From positions 12,709,078-12,773,077 of the forward strand of contig NC_068994.1 of the NCBI RefSeq assembly GCF_001194135.2: 64,000 nt of DNA. Direction: 5' to 3'. Shown one piece after another: positions 25,219 through 39,634 of the stretch; within the stretch, counting starts at the first letter, position 1; each line of letters begins with the position of its first letter. This stretch comes from Octopus bimaculoides. Taxonomy: Eukaryota. The position numbers and the translations under genes are program-made. Below the pieces are notes generated by a model, which worked only from the letters and a program-made list of their open reading frames with translations, was not told the origin of the DNA and made no database searches.

Positions 25219-26823
25219 ACAGAGAAGTCCTTACATGTCAATGTGATGAAGCTGTTGAACAAAAGGACTTTTGTTTTTTTTTTTGAGAATGAAGACTGCC
25301 TCATCAAATTTGCTCAGACTGTCAATTGGGACACACAGAATCAACATTTATACACACACATTTATACATGCAAACACAATGCACATGGCAAGCTTCTGCC
25401 TGTTTTCAGTTTCATTCACAAAGTTTTGTAACTATAATTGTAATTTGGGCTTTGTGTACTAGACTAATAAAATGTAACTCCCTAGATTCCAGCGAAGAAG
25501 AAAAGAATTTGTAACTTGTTTTACTTGGATAAGAGTCACAATAAGTGGCAAGAAGAAAAGTCCATTAGACAAATAAACCTAAGCAAGAATGTGCACATTA
25601 AAGAGAGAGTGACTTCCAGGGACACGGCAGTTTAAACACTATATTCATGTATTAAAAAACTAGTGGTCGTCTTATCCTTAACACTGAGGCATTGGTTGGA
25701 CTGAAGTTATAGAGGATACTTTCTTAAGATGCTACATGGTAGAATTGAACCTGAAACCAATTAGTTCTGAAGTAAAGTTTCTGATCACACAACAGACAGT
25801 ATGGGTTGTTAGAAATGATCTTGGATGTTTCCAGCCCATCCACTTCATGATAAAGCTGTACAATGAATGAAAGAGAAGGCTGGAAACATATCTTAAGCAA
25901 TATACACTCCACTGATAACCAATCTCGTTAAACCCACCTGTTTGTAATGTGTAAAGAGAATATCTAGAGAAAAAATGAGTATGTGTGAGACAGAGAGCAA
26001 GAAACAGAGATAAATGAGTGTGTGTGTGTGTGTGAGATGGATATGAGAGGGGGGTAGGGGGGAGCTAAAGCTAAACCAGCACATTGGTGAAACATGAGTC
26101 TACACTGAAACCTTTCTAAATGTTTTTCGAAGGTGACTTCTTTAATGTATATAAATATACATATACCACATTTTTTTTGTGTGTGTGTGTGCATGTACAC
26201 ACACACACAGATATATATATATATGGACACAGACATTTCCTGGCTTTCACCCAGACATCCTGGTTTTGCTCAAGATGGGAACACATTTCTTATGGTAGCG
26301 CTCCATTATGGTCACAGTCTCTGGCTGAAACCAATAATAGAATTTGCACACACAAGCATTTCATATATATATATATATACATACTCTTTTACTTGTTTCA
26401 GTCATTTGACTGTGGCCATGCTGGAGTGTGGTTTGCTTCCTAACCGCGTGGTTCTGGATTCAGTTCCAATGCGTGTGGCACCTTGAGCCAACCAGAACCT
26501 TATAAGTGGATTTGGTACACAGAAACTGAGAGAAGCCCATTGTATGTGTATATATGTGTGCGTGTGTGCATGCATTTGTCTTTGTGTCTGTGTTTGTTCC
26601 CCACCACCTCTTGACAACTGGTGTTGGTGTTTATGGCCCTGTATCTTAGTAGTTCAGCAAAAGTGATCGGTGCCCATGCNNNNNNNNNNNNNNNNNNNNN
26701 NNNNNNNNNNNNNNNNNNNNNNNNNNNNNNNNNNNNNNNNNNNNNNNNNNNNNNNNNNNNNNNNNNNNNNNNNNNNNNNNNNNNNNNNNNNNNNNNNNNN
26801 NNNNNNNNNNNNNNNNNNNNNNN

Positions 26824-26855
<32 letters not shown>

Positions 26856-26856
<1 letters not shown>

Positions 26857-27021
26857 TACGACTGGCTTCTTTCAGTTTCCGTCTACCAAATCTACTCACA
26901 AGGCTTTGGTCAGCCCGAGGCTATAGTAGAAGACACTTGCCCAAGGTGCCACACAGTGGGAATGAACCTGGAACCATGTGGTTGGTAAGCAAGCTACTTA
27001 CCACACAGCCACTCCTGCGCC
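26856..27021 (-). mobile_element. SINE family A, 5' half
   Basis: cttctttcagtttccgtctacc ... ccacacagccactcctgcgcc. Confidence 0.85.
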
Positions 27022-27357
27022 TATATATATATATTCTTTTATTTGTTTCAGTCATTTGACTGTGGCCATGCTGGAGTGTGGTTTGCTTCCTAACCGCGTG
27101 GTTCTGGATTCAGTTCCAATGCGTGTGGCACCTTGAGCCAACCAGAACCTTATAAGTGGATTTGGTACACAGAAACTGAGAGAAGCCCATTGTATGTGTA
27201 TATATGTGTGCGTGTGTGCATGCATTTGTCTTTGTGTCTGTGTTTGTTCCCCACCACCTCTTGACAACTGGTGTTGGTGTTTATGGCCCTGTATCTTAGT
27301 AGTTCAGCAAAAGTGATCGGTGCCCATGCATGGCCACTGAAACAAGTAAAACATAGA

Positions 27358-27570
27358 CAGAACAAGAGCACTCACAGAGTGCAAACCTCTGCCGAGGCAA
27401 CACTAACGTCCTCTCAACAGTTAGCTGGAGGTGATTTTTAAAATATTTGAAATAAATTCAACTGCTCTCACAAACGAGAATACTAAAAAATGAACCTGAC
27501 CGCTCCCCAAAATTACGTAAAAAAACCAGGAAAATAATCCAGAATCTTGTCTGGTACCTGATCAATCCCA
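27358..27570 (-). mobile_element. HINE-like element, 3' part
   Basis: gagcactcacagagtgc stem and cctctgccgaggc subTIR; homologous to 15335-15701. Confidence 0.6.
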
Positions 27571-27654
27571 ATGGTAGTCATGGAATGTGAAGGTGGGTGA
27601 GGGGGGCATGTTTGTAATGCTGTGTGTGTGTCGTTTGCAGTGGGAACAGGGACA

Positions 27655-27830
27655 GTTCTGTCTATGAAGGCCTTTTTTAATCTATCCACTGATATAGTGT
27701 CTTCATTAACCATTAAGGTCTATAGCGAAAAATTTGTCTGTGCATGAAAGAAAACGGAAAGGACCTGCACATGGTGTTGTTAACAAAGGTTTAATAACAT
27801 CATTGTGCACAAAAACGCGAGTCTAAGAAG
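27655..27830 (-). mobile_element. Gypsy LTR-retrotransposon integrase C-terminal fragment
   Basis: Minus strand TRVFVHNDVIKPLLTTPCAGPFRFLSCTDKFFAIDL..MVNEDTISVDRLKKAF resembles the GPY/F module and the xSIDRLKPA motif. Confidence 0.75.
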
Positions 27831-27977
27831 TAAAGCTTCCCTCAAGGCAGAGCTAGAAATGCAATTGTCAAGTAGGTAAGAGGTTTTAAACAGGAGCAAT
27901 ATATTCAAAATTGGTAAAACTAAAAATTGTCAAGGATAAATTAAATTTATTATTGTTACTGAATATCTCTCTTCTTG

Positions 27978-28205
27978 TCGTTTAACGTCCGCTTTCCATG
28001 CTAGCATGGGTTGGACGATTTGACTGAGGACTGGTGAAACCAGATGGCTACACCAAGCTCCAATCTAATTTGGCAGAGTTTCTACAGCTGGATGCCCTTC
28101 CTAACGCCAACCACTCAGAGAGTGTAGGGGGTGCTTTTATGTGTCACCCGCACGAAGGCCAGTCAGGCGGTACTGGCAACGACCATGCTCAAAATGGTTG
28201 CCGTT
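27978..28205 (-). mobile_element. SINE/RTE-tail family D
   Basis: cgtttaacgtccgctttccatgctagc ... ctggatgcccttcctaacgccaacc. Confidence 0.82.
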
Positions 28206-28419
28206 TGTTTATGTATCATAGTTTGATTTCTTTATCTATCAGTTTCTACTAAGATAGAGATACAAGTAAAATTAATAATAGAGTAATGAAAATAAAACTT
28301 TAGAAACAGCAATGCTGCCATAACTTAGATGGAAACTGTGATCATGGTTTCAAGTGAGATAATGAGAGAAAGACTTGAAAGTCAACGTAAGATCGTAATA
28401 TTTCATATAAAGTAAATAT

Positions 28420-28571
28420 AACAAATAATCCAGAATCCTTGTCCAGCACAAGATCGATCTCAAAATCTAACCAGTTTGTGCCAGTTACGAGGCCATACAT
28501 CCCTGGAAAATCCATCCAAACAAACACGACTGAAAACAATACCTCTGCCTTTGCTTTGGCAGAGGTAATAA
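28420..28571 (-). mobile_element. HINE-like element, 5' part
   Basis: acctctgcctttgctttggcagaggtaataa terminal palindrome. Confidence 0.6.
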
Positions 28572-29059
28572 GTATCAGGCTTAAAAAAAACAGACATACT
28601 GGGATTGATTCATTCAAGCAAAATTCTTCAAGGTGATGTCCCAGCATGGCCACAGTCTAATGACTGAAACAACTAAAGGAATATATATATGTAATTGTTT
28701 ACATATGTGTATACACATGTTTGCATATAGCGCATATTGACACGTGCCTACATCATTACCAGGCTACTATTTTTCTAGTAAGTTTACCAGTGGTATCCAC
28801 CAATGGGTGCTGCCTTTGCCCTGTTGTCTTCAGTGAAGGACAAAATGAAGGTTGTAGCTGTCCATGCTTTATTTTATATCTGCATTGTGTGTGTGTATAA
28901 ATATAAATGCACACAAAATATAAATATAAAAACGTGCATGTGTGTCTGACTAGAGATAGATGTATGTGTGTGTGTGTAATATATATATATATTATGTAAA
29001 TACATACACACATACTCACACCCACACATATACAAACATACACACACACACATATATAT

Positions 29060-29098
<39 letters not shown>

Positions 29099-29203
29099 CA
29101 CGCATATACACATACTCACACACAGACGTGCACCCACACATATACAAACATACATACACAACATTTGTGTGTGTGTGTGTTTGTAAATAAACAGTTACGT
29201 GTA

Positions 29204-29237
<34 letters not shown>

Positions 29238-29319
29238 CACGCATATTCTCATTCTGGACTGCATCCAAAAAATGTAAAGCCACCTGCCAGGTAGAGAGCT
29301 TTTCAAGCTTCATCCCCAC

Positions 29320-29560
29320 CACCAACCACCACCACCACCCACTTTCAATACATACTGACTTTATACTACTCACCACCATCATCACCACCACCATCTTCAC
29401 CACTACCACCACCATTATTAGCATGCTCATCACAGTAACACACCACTACCGCCATCCTCACCATTGTCATGATCATGACTAATGCCACCACCATCAGTAT
29501 TACCATCATCATCATCTCCATCACCATACCACCATCAACTTCCAAAACAACACCCATATA
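29320..29560. repeat. (CAC/CAT)n degenerate low-complexity tract
   Basis: Read directly; it explains the Val/Met/His-rich spurious ORFs here. Confidence 0.9.
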
Positions 29561-30149
29561 TTTCCTCCTCAACTGCCCTTTCCTCCCCTCATCCCTCTTC
29601 CATTGTGTCTCACTTCTCAGACATTCTTTTTTAAACATGAACCAATGATGGGGTGTCTACGCAGTTGCTCAACCTGCTACGAATAGAAACGAAATTTATC
29701 TCAGATTGGACCCCACCATCTTTAAAAAGATACATTGAACAGCGTAGGTGAGATAGACAGGTCTGCCCTGAGGTTAAACAGCAACACTTGTTCTAAACTA
29801 AACTCTTTGCTCCAAATACATGTCTCAACCCCGTCTCCTGACTTCTCATTTCTCCTTAAACATCATTTTCTCACTCCATTCTCTCCGCCTTCCACTACCA
29901 CCGCCAATTATTCCACACCTGCTAAACCAGCCGGTAACTTAGTGATGTTTCAAATTGAGTATTATTAACCACAATCATGCTATTCAAGGTCATTCATGTA
30001 AAATACATCGCCATTTTCTACAGTTGTACAGGTGAAGAGCACAGTTCAGAATAACTTAGAATAAGTTACCTACTGCCGACAACTGGCTGCCCTTATGTGC
30101 TTGATCAACAGATTAGAAATAGAAGCAAAATATGCTTCAAATCACACCC

Positions 30150-30972
30150 TACTGTCTTAAAAAAAGGATACAACGAACACTGCATAAATGTCTTTGACAT
30201 ATATGGTTTTCTTTCATGCCATTGGCATTTATAAGGATGTCGGATAACCTGTAAGATAAGATAGTACAGTAGAAGGAAAAAGAAAATGGAAGACGTGGGA
30301 GGGGGGAATTTGAGAGGGGAAGGAGGTAGTTGTATGATAAGTACTGAGAGAACCAATCACATTAAACTTCAATTCATCGTTAAAATGAGCCTGTGGCCAC
30401 TGTCCTTCTGTCCAAACAACATGTTTGTGAGCAAAACAAAGATGGGCTCTTTGATTCTTCTTGGAAATCAGAGGTTTCTTTGCCAGTGCCCGAGCAACCC
30501 AGAACCTCATAACCTCTGAGAAACTGTTTTGCGCAATACATTGACATCGGAAGTGGGGCTAAACTCACTGGATATCTCAGCAGCACTCTTAAACCTATCC
30601 TTCAGTGACATTCTAACCATTATACTATCCTGTCTTGGTGAAGTTTTACGGGGTCTACTGGTTTTGGGTTTAGCATCTGTTGATCCTGATGACTTAAAAC
30701 CAGCTACAATTCATTGTACAACACTTCTAGACCTTCCAACAGTAGTTGCTATCACAGAATTTGACTTGCTCTTTTGGTGAAAGCACACAATCCTTTGGTT
30801 TTATCACAGGACACTGGGCATATCTCACAAGCCACCATGTTGACAGTTGAATGTTCCAATAATGTAAGATCATAAGAAGTAACTGTTAGCCCACTAACAG
30901 TCTTCTAAATACCAAATACCTTTGTTAGTAGTTCATTTTTTCTAAGTGACCCTTAACTTTTGGCCATTGCAG
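30150..30972 (-). mobile_element. Degenerate Tc1-like transposon
   Basis: ARALAKKPLISKKNQRAHLCFAHKHVVWTEGQWPQAHFNDELKFN matches the Tc1 RKKP...W..V.FSDESKFN motif; TIR-like ACTGCAATGGCCAAAAG near 30972. Confidence 0.85.
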
Positions 30973-31815
30973 TTTGAAAGATTATTTGTTTATTTCCTCA
31001 TAACTTAAATATTTATTCCATTCACTTGAAATTTTTTATGAAAGGTAGATATTAGATATATCTAAATACGTGTAAAATATCTAATCTCAACATGTTGTTA
31101 ATCTTCTATAACTATTTCAATACACTTGTTCTAACTGATACTTATATTATGGCCGCTGCTGTATATCTATATATTTATTTATGCATACATACACACACAT
31201 GATGAAAATCCACAGTTTCCATCCACCAAATTCACTTGCAAGGCATTGGTCAGCTTGAGGCTATGTAGAAGAAACTTACCCAAGGTTCTATGCAGTGGGA
31301 CTGAACCCTAAACCACATGGGTGCAAAGTGAGCGTCTGGACCACACAACCATGCCCGTGCCTATGTTATTATTGTTCTAGTAGTAGTAGTACAAGTATAT
31401 GCTGTGTGTGTATTTATCATCAGTTAATGAATTTACAACTTTCTTTTGGTCTCCAAACAGATTCCTTTCATTGTTGTAATATTTGAATAATGCTTCCCTG
31501 CTGGCTTGGTGGGTAGGCCAACATCCCCCCCCCCCAATGGAATACTCGTCTATCACAGGGTTATCCATTTACAGCTAAGTGGACTGGAGCAGCTTGAAAT
31601 GAAATGTTTTGCTTAAGAACACAATGCACTGCCAGGTCCAGGAATTGAAACCGCAATCTTTCAGTCATGAGTGTTACACCCTAACAATTGGACCACATAT
31701 GTTCACATTTATTATTTACGACCATTATAAAATATTTCAGTGATGTTTTTTTTTTTTTCTAAAGTGACCTCTAATTCTTGTTGATTGATTCGTTTATGTA
31801 TTTGTTACCTTTTAA

Positions 31816-32022
31816 CCGTTAGATTCTTCTGTCAGGTGTAATGCTTATTTATTCACATTGTTTTGAATTAACCAGGCTTTATCATGTAGCTTAACGATTT
31901 TGATGATAGTTTAGTTTTAGAATGACATTGTAGGATAGGTGTGAGAGGCCGGATCTAGTTAGTTTGAACATAACACAGCTAGAATATTTGGGCAGGATAT
32001 GGCTGATGTAAACACTAAAAGG
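31816..32022. mobile_element. piggyBac-type MITE (decayed)
   Basis: Reverse match to 52867-53082; flanked by TTAA/TTGA. Confidence 0.65.
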
Positions 32023-32499
32023 TTGAAAGATCTACTTAGTTTTCAGTTTGACCCTAAGTGATTTCTTCAAGAAACTGTTTATTATTTGTTGATGTGTTTC
32101 AGTTCTAAAATGTTTATTAACTGTCAACTACAGGTGTTTACTAGTTGTTCAAAACACTTTAAAAATGTATACCATTTCAAATTTTTGTTAGAATGATCAC
32201 TAAATTTAAATGATTATTGCAAATGTGTGAAATGTGTTCTAGTAATTTGTATTGCTGTCTATGAAAGTTGTTCACTAAATGTTTATAAAGTGTTCTCTAA
32301 CCATGTATTGTTCAGTCATTCAGAAGTGTTCACTTACCATGTATTGTTCAATTATTCTGAAGTTGTCACTAAATATTCACCTATTCCTCACCTCTACTTC
32401 TCCAGTATTAGTTTAATAACTGGTTTTAGCTGAGGTTCTGTTCAGTAAATTTTCACTGCATGTTCCTAAAATATTCACCTATTCCTCCCATCCATTTTT

Positions 32500-32800
32500 C
32501 TAGTTAGCTGTAGCTCTTCTCTAGAATTTAATAACTGCTTATCTACCTATTGTAACACTCCTCTTTGATCTGTAGCCTTCGTTATTCTCTCATGTTGGTT
32601 CAACCGGTGCAAAAAGCAAAATTCTTTGCCATTCTCCACATACAGACTTTTCATTTCCAGCAACCATTCGTCCATATCCAATTTGCATGACCTGTTTCTT
32701 ACTTCCAAATTAGAGCTTTGCCTTTGCACCCCCGACCCTGCAACCATTGGCTGTTTTAAACACTCCCACTCTATCATTACCTCCATACATTACAGCTAAC
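32500..32800 (-). mobile_element. Highly decayed RTE-clade LINE RT fragment
   Basis: YVENGKEFCFL resembles RTE LEVVxxFCYLG, with an upstream Cys-rich stretch; many stops. Confidence 0.4.
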
Positions 32801-35800
32801 ATGTCAGTGAGAGAGCCTTCATGCAGTCAGCCTTCGAGAAACTGCAACCAAACACCCTCAAATTACATCCTCCTACTTAAAAAAGCCAGGGGGGGCATTG
32901 CATAACATGATCCTAAATGCCCATCATCATTTAATGTCCATGGGTCCAAGGACTGCATTGTGTTCCAGTATCTGCTTCAGCATAGTTTCTGTGGTGAGAT
33001 GCCTTTCTTAGTGCTTGCCANNNNNNNNNNTGCCACTTTACATTGTGTACTAAGTGCATTTTTCATGCCACTAACACTAATGAGGTTACTGTGCAGCTTA
33101 CAAGACTACGAACCCCAAGGGGGAGATTTTATGCTTGGGAATGAGCAGAGAAGCATAAAGTATGGGAGGAAAGGACCTATCTGAAAAATAATGACTGGAT
33201 GGTTATTGCTTGAATACTTTTGATGATGTCCGCTTGACTAGGGCTTACTACAACAGCAGCAGCTAAAATGTTTAAATTGAACATTTGGCAAATAAGTGAA
33301 GACAGTGCAGGTTCATGAAGTCCCTTAGTCTTGTCTTGTGGAGGACATAACTTCTCTATTACTGCTACCAAAATAAAAGTGATTAGTGATAGAAAGGGCA
33401 CCTCATTGTAGATACCCTGCCATATTTAACCTTTAGTCCTAAGCGTCTTAGTAAGTTTATCCTAAACTTCTTTGTTTCCAGATTTTTAAATTAGTCCTTG
33501 TTTCATATGTTCTGAGTAATATAAAGCCTTCCTTTTTATAAGTCTCATGTTACTGTGGTGGTTGAAAAGAAATTGGGAACGTGTATCATATCTGATGCAT
33601 GACACCAACAAAAATATGTCCTGTGTGTCACACATGATACACAGGTTAGGCAAAAGGTTAATAATGTTTTAGTGATAAATTCTCACCGAACCCATCTACG
33701 ACAATAACTCTGAATGAGAGCTAACTCGACTCTTCCTACCCATGCCAGTATAGAAAGTAGATGTAAATACTATGATGATAAAGTCGAGGTTCTGTTTTTC
33801 AAGGCTTAGGGTGACTTCCTTCATCCTGATAAACCCTGGTTACAATCATGTTTTGTTGGGGGCATAGATTCCTTGATATACCTTACTTTTCTCTCCAAGT
33901 TACCCAGAGTTGTAACATCTCTCTGCAAGCATACATCCCAAAAGGAATGGCCTTTAAGTAAAACCTAAAAATCTCTTTTGGCACTCCACTCTAAAAGATG
34001 GGATGGTCATGACTGGAAAACCTTTAATCATAGGTTTGCTTCATCAGGGCTGACCCAGGGTTAAACAACAACAACAATTCTTTACTNNNNNNNNNNNNNN
34101 NNNNNNNNNNNNNNNNNNNNNNNNNNNNNNNNNNNNNNNNNNNNNNNNNNNNNNNNNNNNNNNNNNNNNNNNNNNNNNNNNNNNNNNNNNNNNNNNNNNN
34201 NNNNNNNNNNNNNNNNNNNNNNNNNNNNNNNNNNNNNNNNNNNNNNNNNNNNNNNNNNNNNNNNNNNNNNNNNNNNNNNNNNNNNNNNNNNNNNNNNNNN
34301 NNNNNNNNNNNNNNNNNNNNNNNNNNNNNNNNNNNNNNNNNNNNNNNNNNNNNNNNNNNNNNNNNNNNNNNNNNNNNNNNNNNNNNNNNNNNNNNNNNNN
34401 NNNNNNNNNNNNNNNNNNNNNNNNNNNNNNNNNNNNNNNNNNNNNNNNNNNNNNNNNNNNNNNNNNNNNNNNNNNNNNNNNNNNNNNNNNNNNNNNNNNN
34501 NNNNNNNNNNNNNNNNNNNNNNNNNNNNNNNNNNNNNNNNNNNNNNNNNNNNNNNNNNNNNNNNNNNNNNNNNNNNNNNNNNNNNNNNNNNNNNNNNNNN
34601 NNNNNNNNNNNNNNNNNNNNNNNNNNNNNNNNNNNNNNNNNNNNNNNNNNNNNNNNNNNNNNNNNNNNNNNNNNNNNNNNNNNNNNNNNNNNNNNNNNNN
34701 NNNNNNNNNNNNNNNNNNNNNNNNNNNNNNNNNNNNNNNNNNNNNNNNNNNNNNNNNNNNNNNNNNNNNNNNNNNNNNNNNNNNNNNNNNNNNNNNNNNN
34801 NNNNNNNNNNNNNNNNNNNNNNNNNNNNNNNNNNNNNNNNNNNNNNNNNNNNNNNNNNNNNNNNNNNNNNNNNNNNNNNNNNNNNNNNNNNNNNNNTATA
34901 TATATATATATATATATATACACGCACACAATCATATCTATACACAGACACATACGCGTGAGAGAGACAGAGGAGGGCTATAAATATAGATATAAGCCAT
35001 GCCAAAGCAGACAGAGCCTAATGTCCTCTCATCTGATCTTGTCAAACTATCCACCCTCTGCAAGTATAGAATACAGGCAAGTGTCTTCTATTATATCTCC
35101 ACTCCAACCAAAGCCTTGTGAGCCGATTTGGTAGACAGAAAAACAAATTGAAGCCCATTGTATTTCCCTTCATGGGACTGTCACATGAAGTTGACAGCAT
35201 ACAACTACTTTATCGTATCACTACTGTATAAATTTCTCTAAGAGATTTAGAAATGTATTATATATATATATATATATATANNNNNNNNNNAGAAGGTTTG
35301 AAAATGCACTTATTTTTTAAAATTATTTATTTACTTAACCAGTTTCACTTTTTTAGAAAAAGATTATCAAAAGTCTTTGAGAATAATAAAAAATGTTAAA
35401 AAACAAAGACAGTAAAACAGTCCCTCAATATACACAAGAGAAAAAGGCCAGGTCAGTTCCTCCTCAATTTTATTCGATTGTCAAAGAATATGTATAAGAA
35501 TATGTATATGTATTTTTCCATATGTGTATTTTCATACACTGTTTTTAACACTGTTTTTAACAATTTCACCTTAATATCAGAATGTGTGACAATCAGTATG
35601 TAACACTACAAAGTTCATACAAAGCTTTATACTTTAAATATATTTTATNNNNNNNNNNNNNNNNNNNNNNNNNNNNNNNNNNNNNNNNNNNNNNNNNNNN
35701 NNNNNNNNNNNNNNNNNNNNNNNNNNNNNNNNNNNNNNNNNNNNNNNNNNNNNNNNNNNNNNNNNNNNNNNNNNNNNNNNNNNNNNNNNNNNNNNNNNNN

Positions 35801-36968
35801 NNNNNNNNNNNNNNNNNNNNNNNNNNNNNNNNNNNNNNNNNNNNNNNNNNNNNNNNNNNNNNNNNNNNNNNNNNNNNNNNNNNNNNNNNNNNNNNNNNNN
35901 NNNNNNNNNNNNNNNNNNNNNNNNNNNNNNNNNNNNNNNNNNNNNNNNNNNNNNNNNNNNNNNNNNNNNNNNNNNNNNNNNNNNNNNNNNNNNNNNNNNN
36001 NNNNNNNTATTATTCTCAAAGACTTTTGATAATCTTTTTCTAAAAAAGTGAAACCGGTTAAGTAAATAAATAATTTTAAAAAATAAGTGCATTTTCAAAC
36101 CTTCTTTCATATATATTTCCACTCGTACGGTATTCCACAACTTTACTTTATTATATATATATATATATATATACGTGATTATCAATTCATTTTGCAAGAT
36201 TCCTGATTATACAACAGGCTCCCACATAGTTTTCACCTACCAATTTTACTCACAAGCCATTGTTCAGCCTGGAGCTATAATAGAAGGCACTCACCCAGGG
36301 TGCCACCTGATGGCACTGAACCTCTAGTCACACACAAAGCTGCATCTGCATTCACTCACTGATCTTTCACCTGTTCAGCACTTTTACTTGTGTGATTTCA
36401 AAACCTCTTCTCCACACCTCACCCTTCTCAACTTTTCCTTCACACTGACTGCGTATTAATTTTTTTTATTTACCTAATTAATCTATTTATTATTTATTTG
36501 CTAATTTCTCTGAAGCATTCCTCATTAACAGTTTTACATTACTGTTGCAGCTACCATTGTTGATGCTATTGTTTCCGACAATAACAACAGCAACCTTTCT
36601 CATTGCTGTTGCTGGCCTGAACTTTTTTGCCCTAACCTTTTGTGGGTCTATCTTCATCACTTAACTCCCTACAACTCGTCTTCTTCTTCCTCTTCACCTC
36701 AAAAACTAACCAACTAACATTGAACAACAATAGCAACAATACTATCAATCATCATGAACAAACATGTGAGTGACATAACCATGGGCTTTTACTTTTGGTT
36801 TTTTGTTGTTTTATTTTACACACACACACACACACATATGTAAAAGTAAGATCCAAGGATCAAGATGTAGGAAGATAGTAAGCTTCAAGCAGTCCGTAGA
36901 AGATATAAAAAACAACTTTCAGGAACAATAGTGGTTTATTGACGTCTAAGATTGTAAATTTTTCCCGC

Positions 36969-37119
36969 CTGTGTGGTAAGTAGCTTGCTTACCAACCACA
37001 TGGTTCCGGGTTCAGTCCCACTGCATGGCAACCTGGGCAAGTGTCTTCTACTATAGCCTCGAGCCGACCAAAGCCTTGTGAGTGGATTTGTAGACAGAAA
37101 CTGAAAGAAGCCCATCATA

Positions 37120-37166
<47 letters not shown>

Positions 37167-37309
37167 CTGTGTCTGTGTATGTGTGTGTCCTCACCATCGC
37201 TTGACAACCGATGCTGGTGTGTTTACGTCCCCGTAGCTTAGCGGTTCGGCAAAAAGCGACCGATAGAATAAGTACTAGGCTTACACAGAATAAGTCCTGG
37301 GGTCGATTT
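36969..37309 (+). mobile_element. SINE family A, young copy ending in a gap
   Basis: Near-consensus sequence. Confidence 0.88.
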
Positions 37310-38093
37310 NNNNNNNNNNNNNNNNNNNNNNNNNNNNNNNNNNNNNNNNNNNNNNNNNNNNNNNNNNNNNNNNNNNNNNNNNNNNNNNNNNNNNNNNNNN
37401 NNNNNNNNNNNNNNNNNNNNNNNNNNNNNNNNNNNNNNNNNNNNNNNNNNNNNNNNNNNNNNNNNNNNNNNNNNNNNNNNNNNNNNNNNNNNNNNNNNNN
37501 NNNNNNNNNNNNNNNNNNNNNNNNNNNNNNNNNNNNNNNNNNNNNNNNNNNNNNNNNNNNNNNNNNNNNNNNNNNNNNNNNNNNNNNNNNNNNNNNNNNN
37601 NNNNNNNNNNNNNNNNNNNNNNNNNNNNNNNNNNNNNNNNNNNNNNNNNNNNNNNNNNNNNNNNNNNNNNNNNNNNNNNNNNNNNNNNNNNNNNNNNNNN
37701 NNNNNNNNNNNNNNNNNNNNNNNNNNNNNNNNNNNNNNNNNNNNNNNNNNNNNNNNNNNNNNNNNNNNNNNNNNNNNNNNNNNNNNNNNNNNNNNNNNNN
37801 NNNNNNNNNNNNNNNNNNNNNNNNNNNNNNNNNNNNNNNNNNNTCCTTAAACAACCCTTATTCAGGGACCTTTTGAGCGGGATGGGCTACTTGACCTGAA
37901 GATAATTCTAACTGGGCCCCACCTGCAAGGTCATGCACTGTTTATCTTGATATGAGATCACTATGTCGTGCACATATGGTTGTGGTGCATGTGCCTGGTG
38001 TACCCTTATCAGACGGGTAGTCATGATGGGTATAATGGGATTTGTATATTTTGCCCCAGTGTCACTTTGGTGGCATGCATTGCTCTCTCACTC

Positions 38094-38132
<39 letters not shown>

Positions 38133-38147
38133 TTCTGTTATAGACAC

Positions 38148-38340
38148 AAAGCCTGAAATTTCTGGGGAGAGGGACAGTTGATTGCATTGACCCCAGTGCT
38201 CAACTGGTACTTATTTCATCGACTCCAAATGGATGAAAGGCAAAGTCAACCATCGCAGAATTTGAACTCAGAATATAGAGATGGACAAAATGCCATTAAG
38301 CATTTTGTCTGGTGTGCTGACAATTCTGTCAGCTTGCAGC
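38148..38340 (-). mobile_element. SINE family C
   Basis: Reverse family match. Confidence 0.75.
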
Positions 38341-39301
38341 CTGAATAATAATGTTAATAATGATGAAGATAATAATAATAATAATAATAATAATAAAACG
38401 TGCATAATAAATACTGCAGGCTGTACTGGTGAAGTGTGGAGCAAAGATGAGAAAAATTTATATATATAGGTATTTCTAGTGAACCTGACAATTGCTTAGA
38501 GGCTCCCTTAGTGATTCTAAGAACGGAATAATTTAGCTGATTGATATTCACACACACACACGGTGAATGTTTGTCTTATATAAAACAGATTATGTAAACT
38601 CTCAAAGGAATTATTTGTCCTCTTAGTTGGATTAGCAGTTACTTGATAATCACCAATACATATATATGTATACACACACACACACACACACACAAACACA
38701 TGTAGACTTCACAAACACATGTAGACTTAGTATTTTTTGGTTTTCTTATATATATATATATATATATGTATGCATATTAAGATATATATATATATTAATA
38801 TATTTATGTATTCATATTTAGTTGTCTATCAGCTTATATTGATTTTATCTTATTAATTCTGGTTCAAGAGATTATTTAAGTATGTGATCTTCTTGCAAAT
38901 GTGTGTTGTATTATATAAATAGTACATTTGTACATTACACTATACTATTACATACTAATTGTACAGTACTATTAAAATGCTTTATCATAGTATACTACTG
39001 CCTCTATGCCGGTTCTCTTCAACTGGTGTGCCGCAGTGTAACCTGAATATAATTTTTTTCCCCTATACTTTTAGTTCAAGCGTGCCACCGAATTTTGAAA
39101 AGAATATAAGTGTACCGCAAGTGAAAAAGCGGTTGCGGAGCATTGCTCTATGTTACACTGTATAATGCTATGACAGGTCCCAACCGTGGGCCATGGATTA
39201 TTTGGTACTGGGACTCGCTGAAAGAATAAATTTTAAAACTAGGTTTCCGTTTCATTGACAGTTGCAATCTGCATGGTGTTTTTGCATTATATGTGCAATC
39301 T

Positions 39302-39634
39302 TTTACTTGTTTCAGTCATTAGACTGTTGCCATGCTGGAGCCTCATCTTGAAGAATTTTTAGTCAAATGAAATGACTTCTGGGCTTATTTTTAAAGCCTG
39401 ATACTTATTCTATTGGTCTCTTTTACCAAGTTACAGGAACATAAACAAACCAACACTGGTCAAATAGTGGTGGGGCACACAGGCACACTCATATGTATAC
39501 ATACATATATATATTTATATATGACTGGTTTCTGTCTACCAAATCCATTCACAAGGCTTTTGTATTCTAGGGCTATAGCAGAAGGTTGAACCCAAAACCA
39601 TGTAGCTAGGAAGCAAACTTCTTACCACACAGCC
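39302..39634 (-). mobile_element. SINE family A, old CpG-decayed copy
   Basis: Family match with CpG>TpG/CpA changes. Confidence 0.75.

Noticed and set aside
26394-27329. Exact 286-bp direct duplication (26394-26679 and 27044-27329)
   Set aside because: Identical copies, the first ending at an N gap; most likely an assembly overlap artefact.
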